Shown here piece by piece: positions 40,301-52,864 of a DNA stretch of 64,000 bases. Position numbers and translations under genes: made by a program. How positions within the stretch are numbered: the first letter of the stretch is position 1; each line of letters starts with the position of its first letter. The notes beneath the pieces are model-generated. The model saw only the letters and a program-made list of their open reading frames with translations, had not been told where the DNA came from and did not search any database. Source of the DNA: Eledone cirrhosa. Its lineage: Eukaryota. The DNA lies in contig OZ024746.1 of the NCBI GenBank assembly GCA_964016885.1, forward strand, positions 98,580,001 to 98,644,000, read 5' to 3'.

Positions 40301-43300
40301 TATCATCCACCACCACCACCACACCAGTATGTGTAGGTCTATCATCCACCACCACCACCACACCAGCATGTGTAGGTCTATCATCCACCACCACCACCAC
40401 ACCAGCATGTGTAGGTCTATCATCCACCACCACCACCAGTATGTGTAGGTCTATCATCCATCACCACCACCAGTATGTGTAGGTCTATCATCCATCACCA
40501 CCACCACACCAGCATGTGTAGGTCTATCATCCACCACCACCACCAGTATGTGTAGGTCTATCATCCACCACCACCACCACACCAGTATGTGTAGGTCTAT
40601 CATCCACCACCACCACCAGTATGTGTAGGTCTATCATCCATCACCACCACCACACCAGCATGTGTAGGTCTATCATCCACCACCACACCAGTATGTGTAG
40701 GTCTATCATCCACCACCACCACCACACCAGCATGTGTAGGTCTATCATCCACCACCACACCAGTATGTGTAGGTCTATCATCCACCACCACACCAGCATG
40801 TGTAGGTCTATCATCCATCACCACCACCACACCAGTATGTGTAGATCTATCATCCACCACCACACCAGTATGTGTAGGTCTATCATCCACCACCACCACC
40901 ACACCAGCATGTGTAGGTCTATCATCCACCACCACACCAGTATGTGTAGGTCTATCATCCACCACCACACCAGCATGTGTAGGTCTATCATCCATCACCA
41001 CCACCACACCAGTATGTGTAGGTCTATCATCCACCACCACACCAGCATGTGTAGGTCTATCATCCACCACCACACCAGCATGTGTAGGTCTATCATCCAC
41101 CACCACACCAGTATGTGTAGGTCTATCATCCACCACCACCACCACACCAGCATGTGTAGGTCTATCATCCACCACCACACCAGCATGTGTAGGTCTATCA
41201 TCCACCACCACCACCACACCAGCATGTGTAGGTCTATCATCCACCACCACACCAGTATGTGTAGGTCTATCATCCACCACCACACCAGCATGTGTAGGTC
41301 TATCATCCACCACCACCACCACACCAGTATGTGTAGGTCTATCATCCACCACCACACCAGCATGTGTAGGTCTATCATCCACCACCACCACCACACCAGT
41401 ATGTGTAGGTCTATCATCCACCACCACCACCACACCAGTATGTGTAGGTCTATCATCCACCACCACACCAGTATGTGTAGGTCTATCATCCACCACCACC
41501 ACCACACCAGTATGTGTAGGTCTATCATCCACCACCACACCAGCATGTGTAGGTCTATCATCCACCACCACACCAGTATGTGTAGGTCTATCATCCACCA
41601 CCACCACCACACCAGCATGTGTAGGTCTATCATCCACCACCACACCAGCATGTGTAGGTCTATCATCCACCACCACCACCACACCAGTATGTGTAGGTCT
41701 ATCATCCACCACCACCACCACACCAGCATGTGTAGGTCTATCATCCACCACCACCACCACACCAGTATGTGTAGGTCTATCATCCATCACCACCACCACA
41801 CCAGTATGTGTAGGTCTATCATCCACCACCACCACCACACCAGCATGTGTAGGTCTATCATCCACCACCACACCAGTATGTGTAGGTCTATCATCCACCA
41901 CCACCACCACACCAGCATGTGTAGGTCTATCATCCACCACCACACCAGTATGTGTAGGTCTATCATCCACCACCACCACCACACCAGCATGTGTAGGTCT
42001 ATCATCCACCACCACACCAGCATGTGTAGGTCTATCATCCACCACCACACCAGCATGTGTAGGTCTATCATCCACCACCACCACCACACCAGCATGTGTA
42101 GGTCTATCATCCACCACCACCACCACACCAGCATGTGTAGGTCTATCATCCACCACCACCACCACACCAGTATGTGTAGGTCTATCATCCACCACCACCA
42201 CCAGTATGTGTAGGTCTATCATCCACCACCACCACCACACCAGCATGTGTAGGTCTATCATCCATCACCACCACCAGCATGTGTAGGTCTATCATCCACC
42301 ACCACACCAGCATGTGTAGGTCTATCATCCACCACCACCACCACACCAGCATGTGTAGGTCTATCATCCACCACCACACCAGTATGTGTAGGTCTATCAT
42401 CCACCACCACCACCACACCAGTATGTGTAGGTCTATCATCCATCACCACCACCACACCAGTATGTGTAGGTCTATCATCCATCACCACCACCACACCAGT
42501 ATGTGTAGGTCTATCATCCACCACCACCACCACACCAGCATGTGTAGGTCTATCATCCACCACCACACCAGTATGTGTAGGTCTATCATCCACCACCACC
42601 ACCACACCAGTATGTGTAGGTCTATCATCCATCACCACCACCACACCAGTATGTGTAGGTCTATCATCCACCACCACCACCACACCAGCATGTGTAGGTC
42701 TATCATCCACCACCACACCAGTATGTGTAGGTCTATCATCCACCACCACCACCACACCAGTATGTGTAGGTCTATCATCCATCACCACCACCACACCAGC
42801 ATGTGTAGGTCTATCATCCACCACCACACCAGCATGTGTAGGTCTATCATCCACCACCACCACCACACCAGCATGTGTAGGTCTATCATCCACCACCACA
42901 CCAGTATGTGTAGGTCTATCATCCACCACCACCACCACACCAGTATGTGTAGGTCTATCATCCACCACCACCACCACACCAGCATGTGTAGGTCTATCAT
43001 CCACCACCACACCAGTATGTGTAGGTCTATCATCCATCACCACCACCACACCAGTATGTGTAGGTCTATCATCCACCACCACCACCACACCAGCATGTGT
43101 AGGTCTATCATCCACCACCACACCAGTATGTGTAGGTCTATCATCCACCACCACCACCACACCAGCATGTGTAGGTCTATCATCCACCACCACACCAGCA
43201 TGTGTAGGTCTATCATCCACCACCACCACCACACCAGCATGTGTAGGTCTATCATCCACCACCACCACCACACCAGTATGTGTAGGTCTATCATCCACCA

Positions 43301-45315
43301 CCACCACCAGTATGTGTAGGTCTATCATCCACCACCACCACCACACCAGCATGTGTAGGTCTATCATCCATCACCACCACCAGCATGTGTAGGTCTATCA
43401 TCCACCACCACACCAGCATGTGTAGGTCTATCATCCACCACCACCACCACACCAGCATGTGTAGGTCTATCATCCACCACCACACCAGCATGTGTAGGTC
43501 TATCATCCACCACCACACCAGTATGTGTAGGTCTATCATCCACCACCACCACCACACCAGTATGTGTAGGTCTATCATCCATCACCACCACCACACCAGT
43601 ATGTGTAGGTCTATCATCCACCACCACCACCACACCAGCATGTGTAGGTCTATCATCCACCACCACACCAGTATGTGTAGGTCTATCATCCACCACCACC
43701 ACCACACCAGCATGTGTAGGTCTATCATCCACCACCACACCAGTATGTGTAGGTCTATCATCCACCACCACCACCACACCAGCATGTGTAGGTCTATCAT
43801 CCACCACCACACCAGCATGTGTAGGTCTATCATCCACCACCACACCAGCATGTGTAGGTCTATCATCCACCACCACCACCACACCAGCATGTGTAGGTCT
43901 ATCATCCACCACCACCACCACACCAGCATGTGTAGGTCTATCATCCACCACCACCACCACACCAGTATGTGTAGGTCTATCATCCACCACCACCACCAGT
44001 ATGTGTAGGTCTATCATCCACCACCACCACCACACCAGCATGTGTAGGTCTATCATCCATCACCACCACCAGCATGTGTAGGTCTATCATCCACCACCAC
44101 ACCAGCATGTGTAGGTCTATCATCCACCACCACCACCACACCAGCATGTGTAGGTCTATCATCCACCACCACCACCACACCAGCATGTGTAGGTCTATCA
44201 TCCACCACCACCACCACACCAGCATGTGTAGGTCTATCATCCACCACCACCACCACACCAGCATGTGTAGGTCTATCATCCACCACCACCACCACACCAG
44301 CATGTGTAGGTCTATCATCCATCATCACCACCACACCAGCATGTGTAGGTCTATCATCCACCACCACACCAGCATGTGTAGGTCTATCATCCATCACCAC
44401 CACCACACCAGTATGTGTAGGTCTATCATCCACCACCACCACCACACCAGCATGTGTAGGTCTATCATCCACCACCACCACCACACCAGCATGTGTAGGT
44501 CTATCATCCACCACCACCACCACACCAGCATGTGTAGGTCTATCATCCACCACCACACCAGCATGTGTAGGTCTATCATCCATCACCACCACCACACCAG
44601 CATGTGTAGGTCTATCATCCACCACCACACCAGCATGTGTAGGTCTATCATCCATCACCACCACCACACCAGTATGTGTAGGTCTATCATCCACCACCAC
44701 CACCAGTATGTGTAGGTCTATCATCCACCACCACCACCACACCAGTATGTGTAGGTCTATCATCCACCACCACCACCACACCAGCATGTGTAGGTCTATC
44801 ATCCACCACCACACCAGCATGTGTAGGTCTATCATCCATCACCACCACCACACCAGTATGTGTAGGTCTATCATCCATCACCACCACCAGTATGTGTAGG
44901 TCTATCATCCACCACCACACCAGTATGTGTAGGTCTATCATCCATCACCACCACCACCACACCAGCATGTGTAGGTCTATCATCCACCACCACACCAGTA
45001 TGTGTAGGTCTATCATCCACCACCACCACCACACCAGTATGTGTAGGTCTATCATCCACCACCACCACCACACCAGTATGTGTAGGTCTATCATCCACCA
45101 CCACCACCACACCAGTATGTGTAGGTCTATCATCCATCACCACCACCACACCAGCATGTGTAGGTCTATCATCCATCACCACCACCACACCAGTATGTGT
45201 ATGTCTATCATCCACCACCACCACCAGTATGTGTAGGTCTATCATCCATCACCACCACCACACCAGTATGTGTAGGTCTATCATCCATCACCACCACCAC
45301 ACTAGCATGTGTAGG
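37331..45315. repeat. About 8 kb minisatellite, 33/39-bp units (minor 34 and 42 bp), about 220 copies
   Basis: Unit ACCAGYATGTGTAGGTCTATCATC(CAC)3 or (CAC)5. Confidence 0.98.
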
Positions 45316-45855
45316 ACCCATGTTTATATAGTCTATATTTCTTTCTTCTTCCTGAATAATTTAATGTAATATTCATAAAATATATAAAATAATGGTGGAT
45401 ATTTTACTAATAATAATCCATCTCAAATTAGTCTACTTTTTGTGTGTTTTTACTGTAAAATTCCTCTTTGTATTTGTAGCTATATAATTATCTGTGTTAT
45501 TGATTTCTTTGGTTTCTTTTTGCCAGGCTTACTACAGCTTAAATATCGCCTGATTAATCCTCATATTTACAATGTTTGCCTCATTGGTGTGTGTATCTAA
45601 TTTAGAAAAGCCCCACTGTGTCCCTAGATGTCAGAAGAGGTGACTAAAAGAGTTGGCACCAGTGCCTTAAAAAGCACCCCATGATGATTATTTAGCCTAT
45701 CATAGAGCCTGCAAGGCTAACTCCCCTTTAAAAGGGGGGAAATTTCCTTAACCCCTTAGCATTTAAACCAGCTGTAACTGGCCAGAATTCTCTCACTCTT
45801 TCTGTTCCTCACAAGAATAAGTGGGCAAAGAAGATACATTTATGTGTCTGCTGTT

Positions 45856-48241
45856 TGATCATCTGTAGGTCAACATCTGTACGTGATCACCTGTAGGTCA
45901 ACATCTGTAGGTGATCATCTGTAAATCAACATCTGTAGGTCAACATCTGTAGGTGATCATCTGTTGGTCAACATCTGTAGGTCAACATCTGTAGGTCAAC
46001 ATCTGTAGGTGATCATCTGTAGGTGATCATCTGTAGGTGATCATCTGTAGGTGATCATCTGTAGGTGATCATCTGTAGGTGATCATCTGTAGGTGATCAT
46101 CTGTAGGTGATCATCTGTAGGTGATCATCTGTAGGTCAACATCTGTAGGTCAACATCTGTAGCTGATCATCTGTAGCTGATCATCTGTAGGTCAACATCT
46201 GTAGGTCAACATCTGTAGGTGATCATCTGTAAGTCAACATCTGTAGGTGATCATCTGTAGGTGATCATCTCTAGGTCAACATCTGTAGTTGATCATCTGT
46301 AGGTCAACATCTGTAGGTGATCATCTGTAGATCAACATCTGTAGGTGATCATCTGTAGATCAACATCTGTAGGTCAACATCTGTAGGTCAACATCTGTAG
46401 GTCAACATCTGTAGTTGATCATCTGTAGGTCAACATCTGTAGTTGATCATCTCTAGGTCAACATCTGTAGCTGATCATCTGTAGCTGATCATCTGTAGGT
46501 CAACATCTGTAGGTCAACATCTGTAGGTGATCATCTGTAAGTCAACATCTGTAGGTGATCATCTGTAGGTGATCATCTGTAAGTCAACATCTGTAGGTGA
46601 TCATCTGTAGGTGATCATCTCTAGGTCAACATCTGTAGTTGATCATCTGTAGGTCAACATCTGTAGGTGATCATCTGTAGGTGATCATCTGTAGATCAAC
46701 ATCTGTAGGTGATCATCTGTAGATCAACATCTGTAGGTCAACATCTGTAGGTCAACATCTGTAGGTCAACATCTGTAGTTGATCATCTGTAGGTCAACAT
46801 CTGTAGTTGATCATCTGTAGGTCAACATCTGTAGTTGATCATCTCTAGGTCAACATCTGTAGTTGATCATCTGTAGGTCAACATCTGTAGTTGATCATCT
46901 GTAGGTGATCATCTGTAGGTGATCATCTCTAGATCAACATCTGTAGGTGATCATCTCTAGGTCAACATCTGTAGGTGATCATCTCTAGGTCAACATCTGT
47001 AGGTGATCATCTGTAGGTCAACATCTAGGTCAATATCTGTAAGTGATCATCTGTAAGTGATCATCTGTAGGTCAACATCTGTAGGTGATCATCTGTAGGT
47101 CAACATTTGTAGGTGATCATCTGTAGGTCAACATTTGTAGGTGATCATCTGTAGGTCAACATTTGTAGGTGATCATCTGTAAGTCAACATCTGTAGGTGA
47201 TCATCTGTAGGTCAACATCTGTAGGTCAACATCTGTAGTTGATCATCTCTAGGTCACCATCTGTAGTTGATCATCTGTAGATCAACATCTGTAGGTGATC
47301 ATCTGTAGATCAACATCTGTAGGTGATCATCTGTAGATCAACATCTGTAGGTGATCATCTGTAGGTCAACATCTGTAGTTGATCATCTGTAGGTCAACAT
47401 CTCTAGGTCAACATCTGTAGTTGATCATCTGTAGGTCAACATCTGTAGTTGATCATCTGTAGGTGATCATCTGTAGATCAACATCTGTAGGTGATCATCT
47501 GTAGATCAACATCTGTAGGTGATCATCTGTAGATCAACATCTGTAGGTGATCATCTCTAGGTCAACATCTGTAGGTGATCATCTCTAGGTCAACATCTGT
47601 AGGTGATCATCTGTAGGTCAACATCTAGGTCAATATCTGTAAGTGATCATCTGTAAGTGATCATCTGTAAGTCAACATCTGTAGGTGATCTGTAGGTCAA
47701 CATTTGTAGGTGATCATCTGTAAGTCAACATCTGTAAGTGATCATCTGTAGGTCAACATCTGTAGTTGATCATCTCTAGGTCAACATCTGTAGTTGATCA
47801 TCTGTAGGTCAACATCTGTAGGTGATCATCTGTAGATCAACATCTGTAGGTGATCATCTGTAGATCAACATCTGTAGGTGATCATCTGTAGATCAACATC
47901 TGTAGGTGATCATCTGTAGATCAACATCTGTAGGTGATCATCTGTAGATCAACATCTGTAGGTGATCATCTGTAGATCAACATCTGTAGGTGATCATCTG
48001 TAGGTCAACATCTGTAGTTGATCATCTGTAGGTCAACATCTGTAGTTGATCATCTGTAGGTGATCATCTGTAGATCAACATCTGTAGGTGATCATCTCTA
48101 GGTCAACATCTGTAGGTGATCATCTGTAGGTGATCATCTGTAAGTCAACATCTGTAGGTGATCATCTGTAAGTCAACATCTGTAGGTGATCATCTGTAAG
48201 TCAACATCTGTAGGTGATCATCTGTAAGTCAACATCTGTAA
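45856..48241. repeat. 14-bp minisatellite, about 170 copies, two main variants
   Basis: CATCTGTAGGTGAT and CATCTGTAGGTCAA. Confidence 0.98.
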
Positions 48242-49092
48242 GAGATATGTTGGTAAAGTGGGGAATTCCAGATGTTTTGGAAAGGAAGGCCTGAGAAATG
48301 TGTTAAGTGTGGATTCATGAAACCAGTTATAGTGAAATAGTTTGTGTCTACACCTGACATGTATTGTTCAATATATCCACGTACCAGACAATATATAGAT
48401 TTCTAATACACACATTATACAATTTATATACATTTGTCACTCATTGATTTCTACACTTGTCACACATTATACGATCTATATACACATGTATTGTGACACA
48501 TGTATCACACACTCAATAGACTTGTGACCGACATTATATGATCTGTAGACTTGTGATTGTGAGACATACATCATGTGTAACACATACATCATGTGTGTCA
48601 CATACACCATGTATGACACATACACCATGTGTGACACATACACCATGTGTGACATACATCATATGACATATCCAGCCTATGTTTTATATCTCCCAACATA
48701 GCCTACCACCAAGTAACATCAACTACAATAGACTGGTGAGGTTTTTTTCTAAAATTATTCCAATTTTTCCATTGGCTAAACTTAATGATTTCCTCTTGAC
48801 CTACTTGAAATTAATCTTCACTTCCTGTCAATACATTGATTCAAATGGCTTACAAAAGACCACATTCCTAGCTCTCATTACACTTTCACCATTCAACAGA
48901 ATATCTTGCTGACTGTAATTGTATTTTTTTAATATTTTTTTTTGTTTTGGCTGTGTTCAGTGTCAGACAGCAAATATTTACAGAGTGATTTGTATATTAA
49001 TGTAAGACTCAACATTCTCATTAAGTTGACTGAGGCAGATGAATAAAAAAAATCAAAATGTCTATTTTACACATAGATCGTATGTATTCGAT

Positions 49093-49765
49093 CTTCACCC
49101 TTTCATGGCCACATCTCTAATGTAATACTATTGTTTTTAATTAATTAATGAAGAATTTTGAGGAATTTACTAAAAATATTTATTTTATTACTAAGATAGT
49201 AACTTTACCCTTTCATGGCAACATTTCTAATGAAATACACTCTATTTTAATTAATTTCGAGGGATTTACTAAAATTATTATTTCACTACTAAGATAGTAA
49301 CTTAATGTAAGGTTCTTATATGAAATCACGTAAGATTTTAATTTAAATTGGAACCTTTTAAAATGGGTGGTTTTATTTCATAGAACCAAACATGGATTTA
49401 TTAAAATTAATTAATTCATTACTATGATAGTAATTTAATGAGTTCTTATATAAAATTATGTTGGAAGATTTTAATTTAAATTGGATACATTTAAAATGGA
49501 TGGTTTTATTTCATAGAACCAGAGCCTGTTATGGCTGGGTTGGTAACTAAATGGTTAACCCTTTCATTTCCATATTTATAATGAAATACACTGTATTTGA
49601 ATTAAGAATTTGGAGGAATTTACGAAAATAATTATTTCATTATTAAGATAGTATTTGTAAATTAAAGAAATGGTTTTTGTGTCAAATTATGTTGTAAAGA
49701 TTTTAATTTAAATAAGAACTTTTTAAAAGAAGCAGTTTTGGACAGGTTAATGTCAAAAGGGTTAC
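49093..49765 (-). mobile_element. Cluster of tandem and partial MITE A copies
   Basis: Repeated ccctttcat starts near 49097, 49207 and 49559; two copies share the TTAA at 49555-49558. Confidence 0.8.
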
Positions 49766-49811
49766 ATAAATAATTCCTAACAAGGACAACATAATAGAAT
49801 GAAATTTCCAT

Positions 49812-50045
49812 TGTCACTGTTTCCATCTCTCACACTCTCCATTTCACACTATTATAAGCAAATAGGGGCCTACGTGCTGGCTGCCTCATGGGTCCAGCGG
49901 ACAGAGTAGAGAATCTTTTCCCCGGAGGATGGTGAGGGAGATGTGTTGGAAGAGCCATTCCAGCTCATGAGGCTCACACCGGTGGATAGCCATCTCCATG
50001 CTGATGGTGGTGAGTAGGGAGGTGGTCCTAGGGCCAAGGACACTG
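49812..50045 (-). mobile_element. CRE-like retrotransposon 3' fragment
   Basis: Reverse-complement homolog of 28640-28890. Confidence 0.72.
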
Positions 50046-50074
50046 TAGTTTAGTTGATGATATGAGAGGTTGAT

Positions 50075-50256
50075 GTATTGGCAGTATCGGTAGAGGGTTT
50101 GACGCCATCCTTTCTAGCATAGTTACGTCCCTTTATGATCTGAGTTCAAATCCCGCCGAGGTTGACTTTGCCTTTCATCCTTACGGGGTCGATAAAATAA
50201 AGTACCAGTAATGCACTGGGTAATTGCTGGCCTTGTGCCTAAAGTAGAAACAATTA
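50075..50256 (+). mobile_element. Meta-domain-like SINE
   Basis: GAGTTCAAATCCCGCCGAGGTTGACTTTGCCTTTCATCCTTACGGGGTCGATAAAATAAAGTACCAG. Confidence 0.8.
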
Positions 50257-50449
50257 TTTGCTCATGTGATGTGAGTTTGAACCTAATACAAGCATTTTGT
50301 TGATTTAAAAAAAAAAAAAATACTGAATCCTCTTCTTACCATATTTTTGATAATTATGAAAATAATCAAGAATTTGGAGGGATTTGGTAATATAACTTTC
50401 TCATTATTAAGCTGATGTTTGGAGCATAACTTGACCTCTTTCGAACCAT

Positions 50450-50632
50450 AGTTCTAATGAAATACACTTTATTTCAATCAATTAATGAATAATTTTGAGG
50501 TATTTACTCAGACAGTAACTTAAAATATGGCTCTTATATAAAATTATGTTCAAAATGATCCCTTAAAAATAGGCAGTTTTTGTTTCATAGAACCAGAGGA
50601 GGTTTTGGCTGGGTTGATATCAAAAGGGTTAA
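50450..50632 (-). mobile_element. MITE A-related copy
   Basis: Ends gggttgatatcaaaaGGG-TTAA. Confidence 0.7.
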
Positions 50633-50780
50633 AAGTTCTTAATAGAATTATAATAAAAGGTTTAAATTTTAATTCTACTTTTAAGTTGAGCCAACTTATG
50701 CAGCTACATATGCAAATGAGACTTATCAGCCCACTATATATTTTCACCTGTTTCAAGTTCCAACAGAGAGTAGGAGGAGC

Positions 50781-50823
50781 GCTGTCCTGATGAGAGCCAG
50801 AGCTCGAAATGTACATAGACAGC
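50781..50823 (+). ncRNA. Minimal type I hammerhead ribozyme
   Basis: GCTGTC-CTGATGA-GAGC-caga-GCTC-GAAA-TGTACA-TA-GACAGC: complete canonical core, perfect stems I and II, palindromic stem III. Confidence 0.85.
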
Positions 50824-50894
50824 TGGAATCTGCTAGACAGTGCTGGCTATCAACCTTTCAATATTCATAGTTGGGCTTTCAAAATGTTTATTTA

Positions 50895-51112
50895 TTAACC
50901 CTTTAGCATTCACATTACTCTATATATACTATTATATTTTCATGGTAAAAGTTTTACCTCGCATAATTATATCACATAATATCGAATCTATGAGATTTTG
51001 GAAGTATTTATTTTGAGAACAATACCTTAACATCAGTTTGAGTGACCAGTTACAGCCAGTTTCAGCAGAAAGAGGTAGAGAATTCTGGCCGGTTTGAACA
51101 TTAAAGGGTTAA
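50895..51112 (+). mobile_element. piggyBac-type MITE B, complete
   Basis: TTAA-CCCTTTAGCATTCA...TGAACATTAAAGGG-TTAA. Confidence 0.85.
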
Positions 51113-51514
51113 ACATACTGTATATCTTTAGATATACAAAATTCACATACATTTATGTATACAGCTATCCTGAAGCTAAATTTTAAATATAAATACTTTA
51201 AATCAATCATGAAATCAGGGGTGGTTTGAAGCAGTTTGTAATCAGAAGGGATAATCAGAAGAGGAAGGACAGTGTCCAAGAGTATTTTCAGGGCCTTTGT
51301 TTTTATCTCCACACTGGAAACCTGACCTGAATACTTGCAGCAATGTGCTCTGCTGGAGGCCCTAAAGGGATAGGTGGAGCTATTGAATGGCTTCTGGGTA
51401 GAACACTTAATTCCACATCACTTTTGTTGGAAATAGGTGTCAGATCACCTGGGAGTATTATGGTAGACCATGAACCACTTGAGCATCTTGAAATAATGAC
51501 CAATTATCCTTCTG

Positions 51515-51670
51515 TGATGTCACAACTTATTTCTACAGCTGAGTAAACTGGAGCAACATGAAATAAAGAGTCTTGCTCGAGGACACAACACATCACCCAG
51601 TCCAAGAATCAAAATCATAACCTCTCAATTGCAAGCTTAACACTCTAACCACTAAGCTATGTGCCTTCAC
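51515..51670 (-). mobile_element. tRNA-CORE SINE 5' half
   Basis: Homologous to 355-506. Confidence 0.75.
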
Positions 51671-51796
51671 TTTGTAATATAACATGCATATTGTAATATA
51701 ATATGCTTTTACATATTATAAGTTACTGGACTGTAGTAGACTTTGTAGGGTTCCCTCTTTGATTCATAGTTTAATACATGGCTAACTTGTAATATA

Positions 51797-52198
51797 TAGG
51801 GTGACCACAAAAACACTCCTTGATTTCAAATACTTATATGAAAACCTAACCCTTTATCATTTACATTACTCTATATTTACTACTGTATTTTTGTGGTAAA
51901 CGCTTTACCTCACATAATATTGAATCTGAGATTTTGATGTTGTTTATTTTGAGAATAATACCTTAACATCAGTATAAGTGACCAGTTACGGCTGGTTTGA
52001 ACAGAAATAGGTGAGAGAATTCTGGCCAGATATGGCCGGTTTAAATGGTTAAGGGTTAAATGAATATTCTTATAATATTGGTGGCTACAAAGTTTAATGT
52101 GATATTGGTTGATATCATAGACACTCGGTGTGCCCCTTTTGTTGCTCAACAAACATCAATACGATAGTCAAGCTTGGAGTGTTTTAATGGTCACCCTG
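51797..52198. mobile_element. Tc1/mariner-type MITE containing a nested MITE B (about 51846-52058)
   Basis: TIRs AGGGTGACCACAAAAACACTCC / GGAGTGTTTTAATGGTCACCCTG with TA flanks. Confidence 0.8.
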
Positions 52199-52217
52199 TA
52201 ATATAAATGTATATTAT

Positions 52218-52556
52218 GGAGGCACATGGCTTAGTGGTTAGAGCCTTGCAATCGAAAGGTTGTGAGTTCAATTCTCAGACCGGGTGATGTGTTGTTTCCT
52301 TGAACAAGACACTTTATTTCACATTGCTCCAGTTTACTCAGCTGTAGAAATGAGATGATAGGGACTGGGGTCCATATCATTCCACTGTAAAGTGGTCGTG
52401 GAGGTGCCATGGCAAAAAAGCACCCAGCACTCACTGTAAATGAGGTTGGTGTTAGGAAGGGCATCCAGCTGTAAAAATCAAGCCAGAATCAGTTCCCATC
52501 CCACCCTTGCAAGCAGGGAAAAGTGGACGTAAAATGATGATGATGATGATGATGAT
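52218..52556 (+). mobile_element. tRNA-CORE SINE with RTE tail type 2, near full length
   Basis: A/B boxes, CORE-like segment, tail ...cttgcaagcagggaaaagtggacgtaaaat(gat)n. Confidence 0.88.
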
Positions 52557-52864
52557 TATGATTATATTACAAGTTATTCGATTGTGAACATCTTCATTTC
52601 AATGTTTTCTAAGATTGTATAATCAGAATAAGTATTTCTAAATGTCAGATGTTTAGTTTCAGTGTGAAATAATAGTGTAATCTATACCTTTCCAATCAAT
52701 AGTATTTTAGTGTCAGGCTTAATGTACTGAGATTTTCATAAAACTTTCAGAAGACAAAAGCATGAGATAATATAAAACCAGTCAGCACAATCTTTTGTTC
52801 AGGTCTTTGTTTGAAGTTGTAAGGAGGTGCTGATCTCTATAATGAACACACTCAGTATATTCTG

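Noticed and set aside
37570-45245. His-rich TSMCRSIIHHH or DDRPTHAGVVV repeat protein
   Set aside because: Open on both strands, repeatedly frameshifted by 34-bp units, no unique termini or signal peptide.
37331-45315. CRISPR-like array (constant core with variable spacer)
   Set aside because: The variable parts are only CAC-run length changes, not unique spacers; eukaryotic context and no cas genes.
51180-51515. Moderate-GC unique segment with 66-67 aa ORFs on both strands
   Set aside because: No recognisable domain and only weak splice signals.
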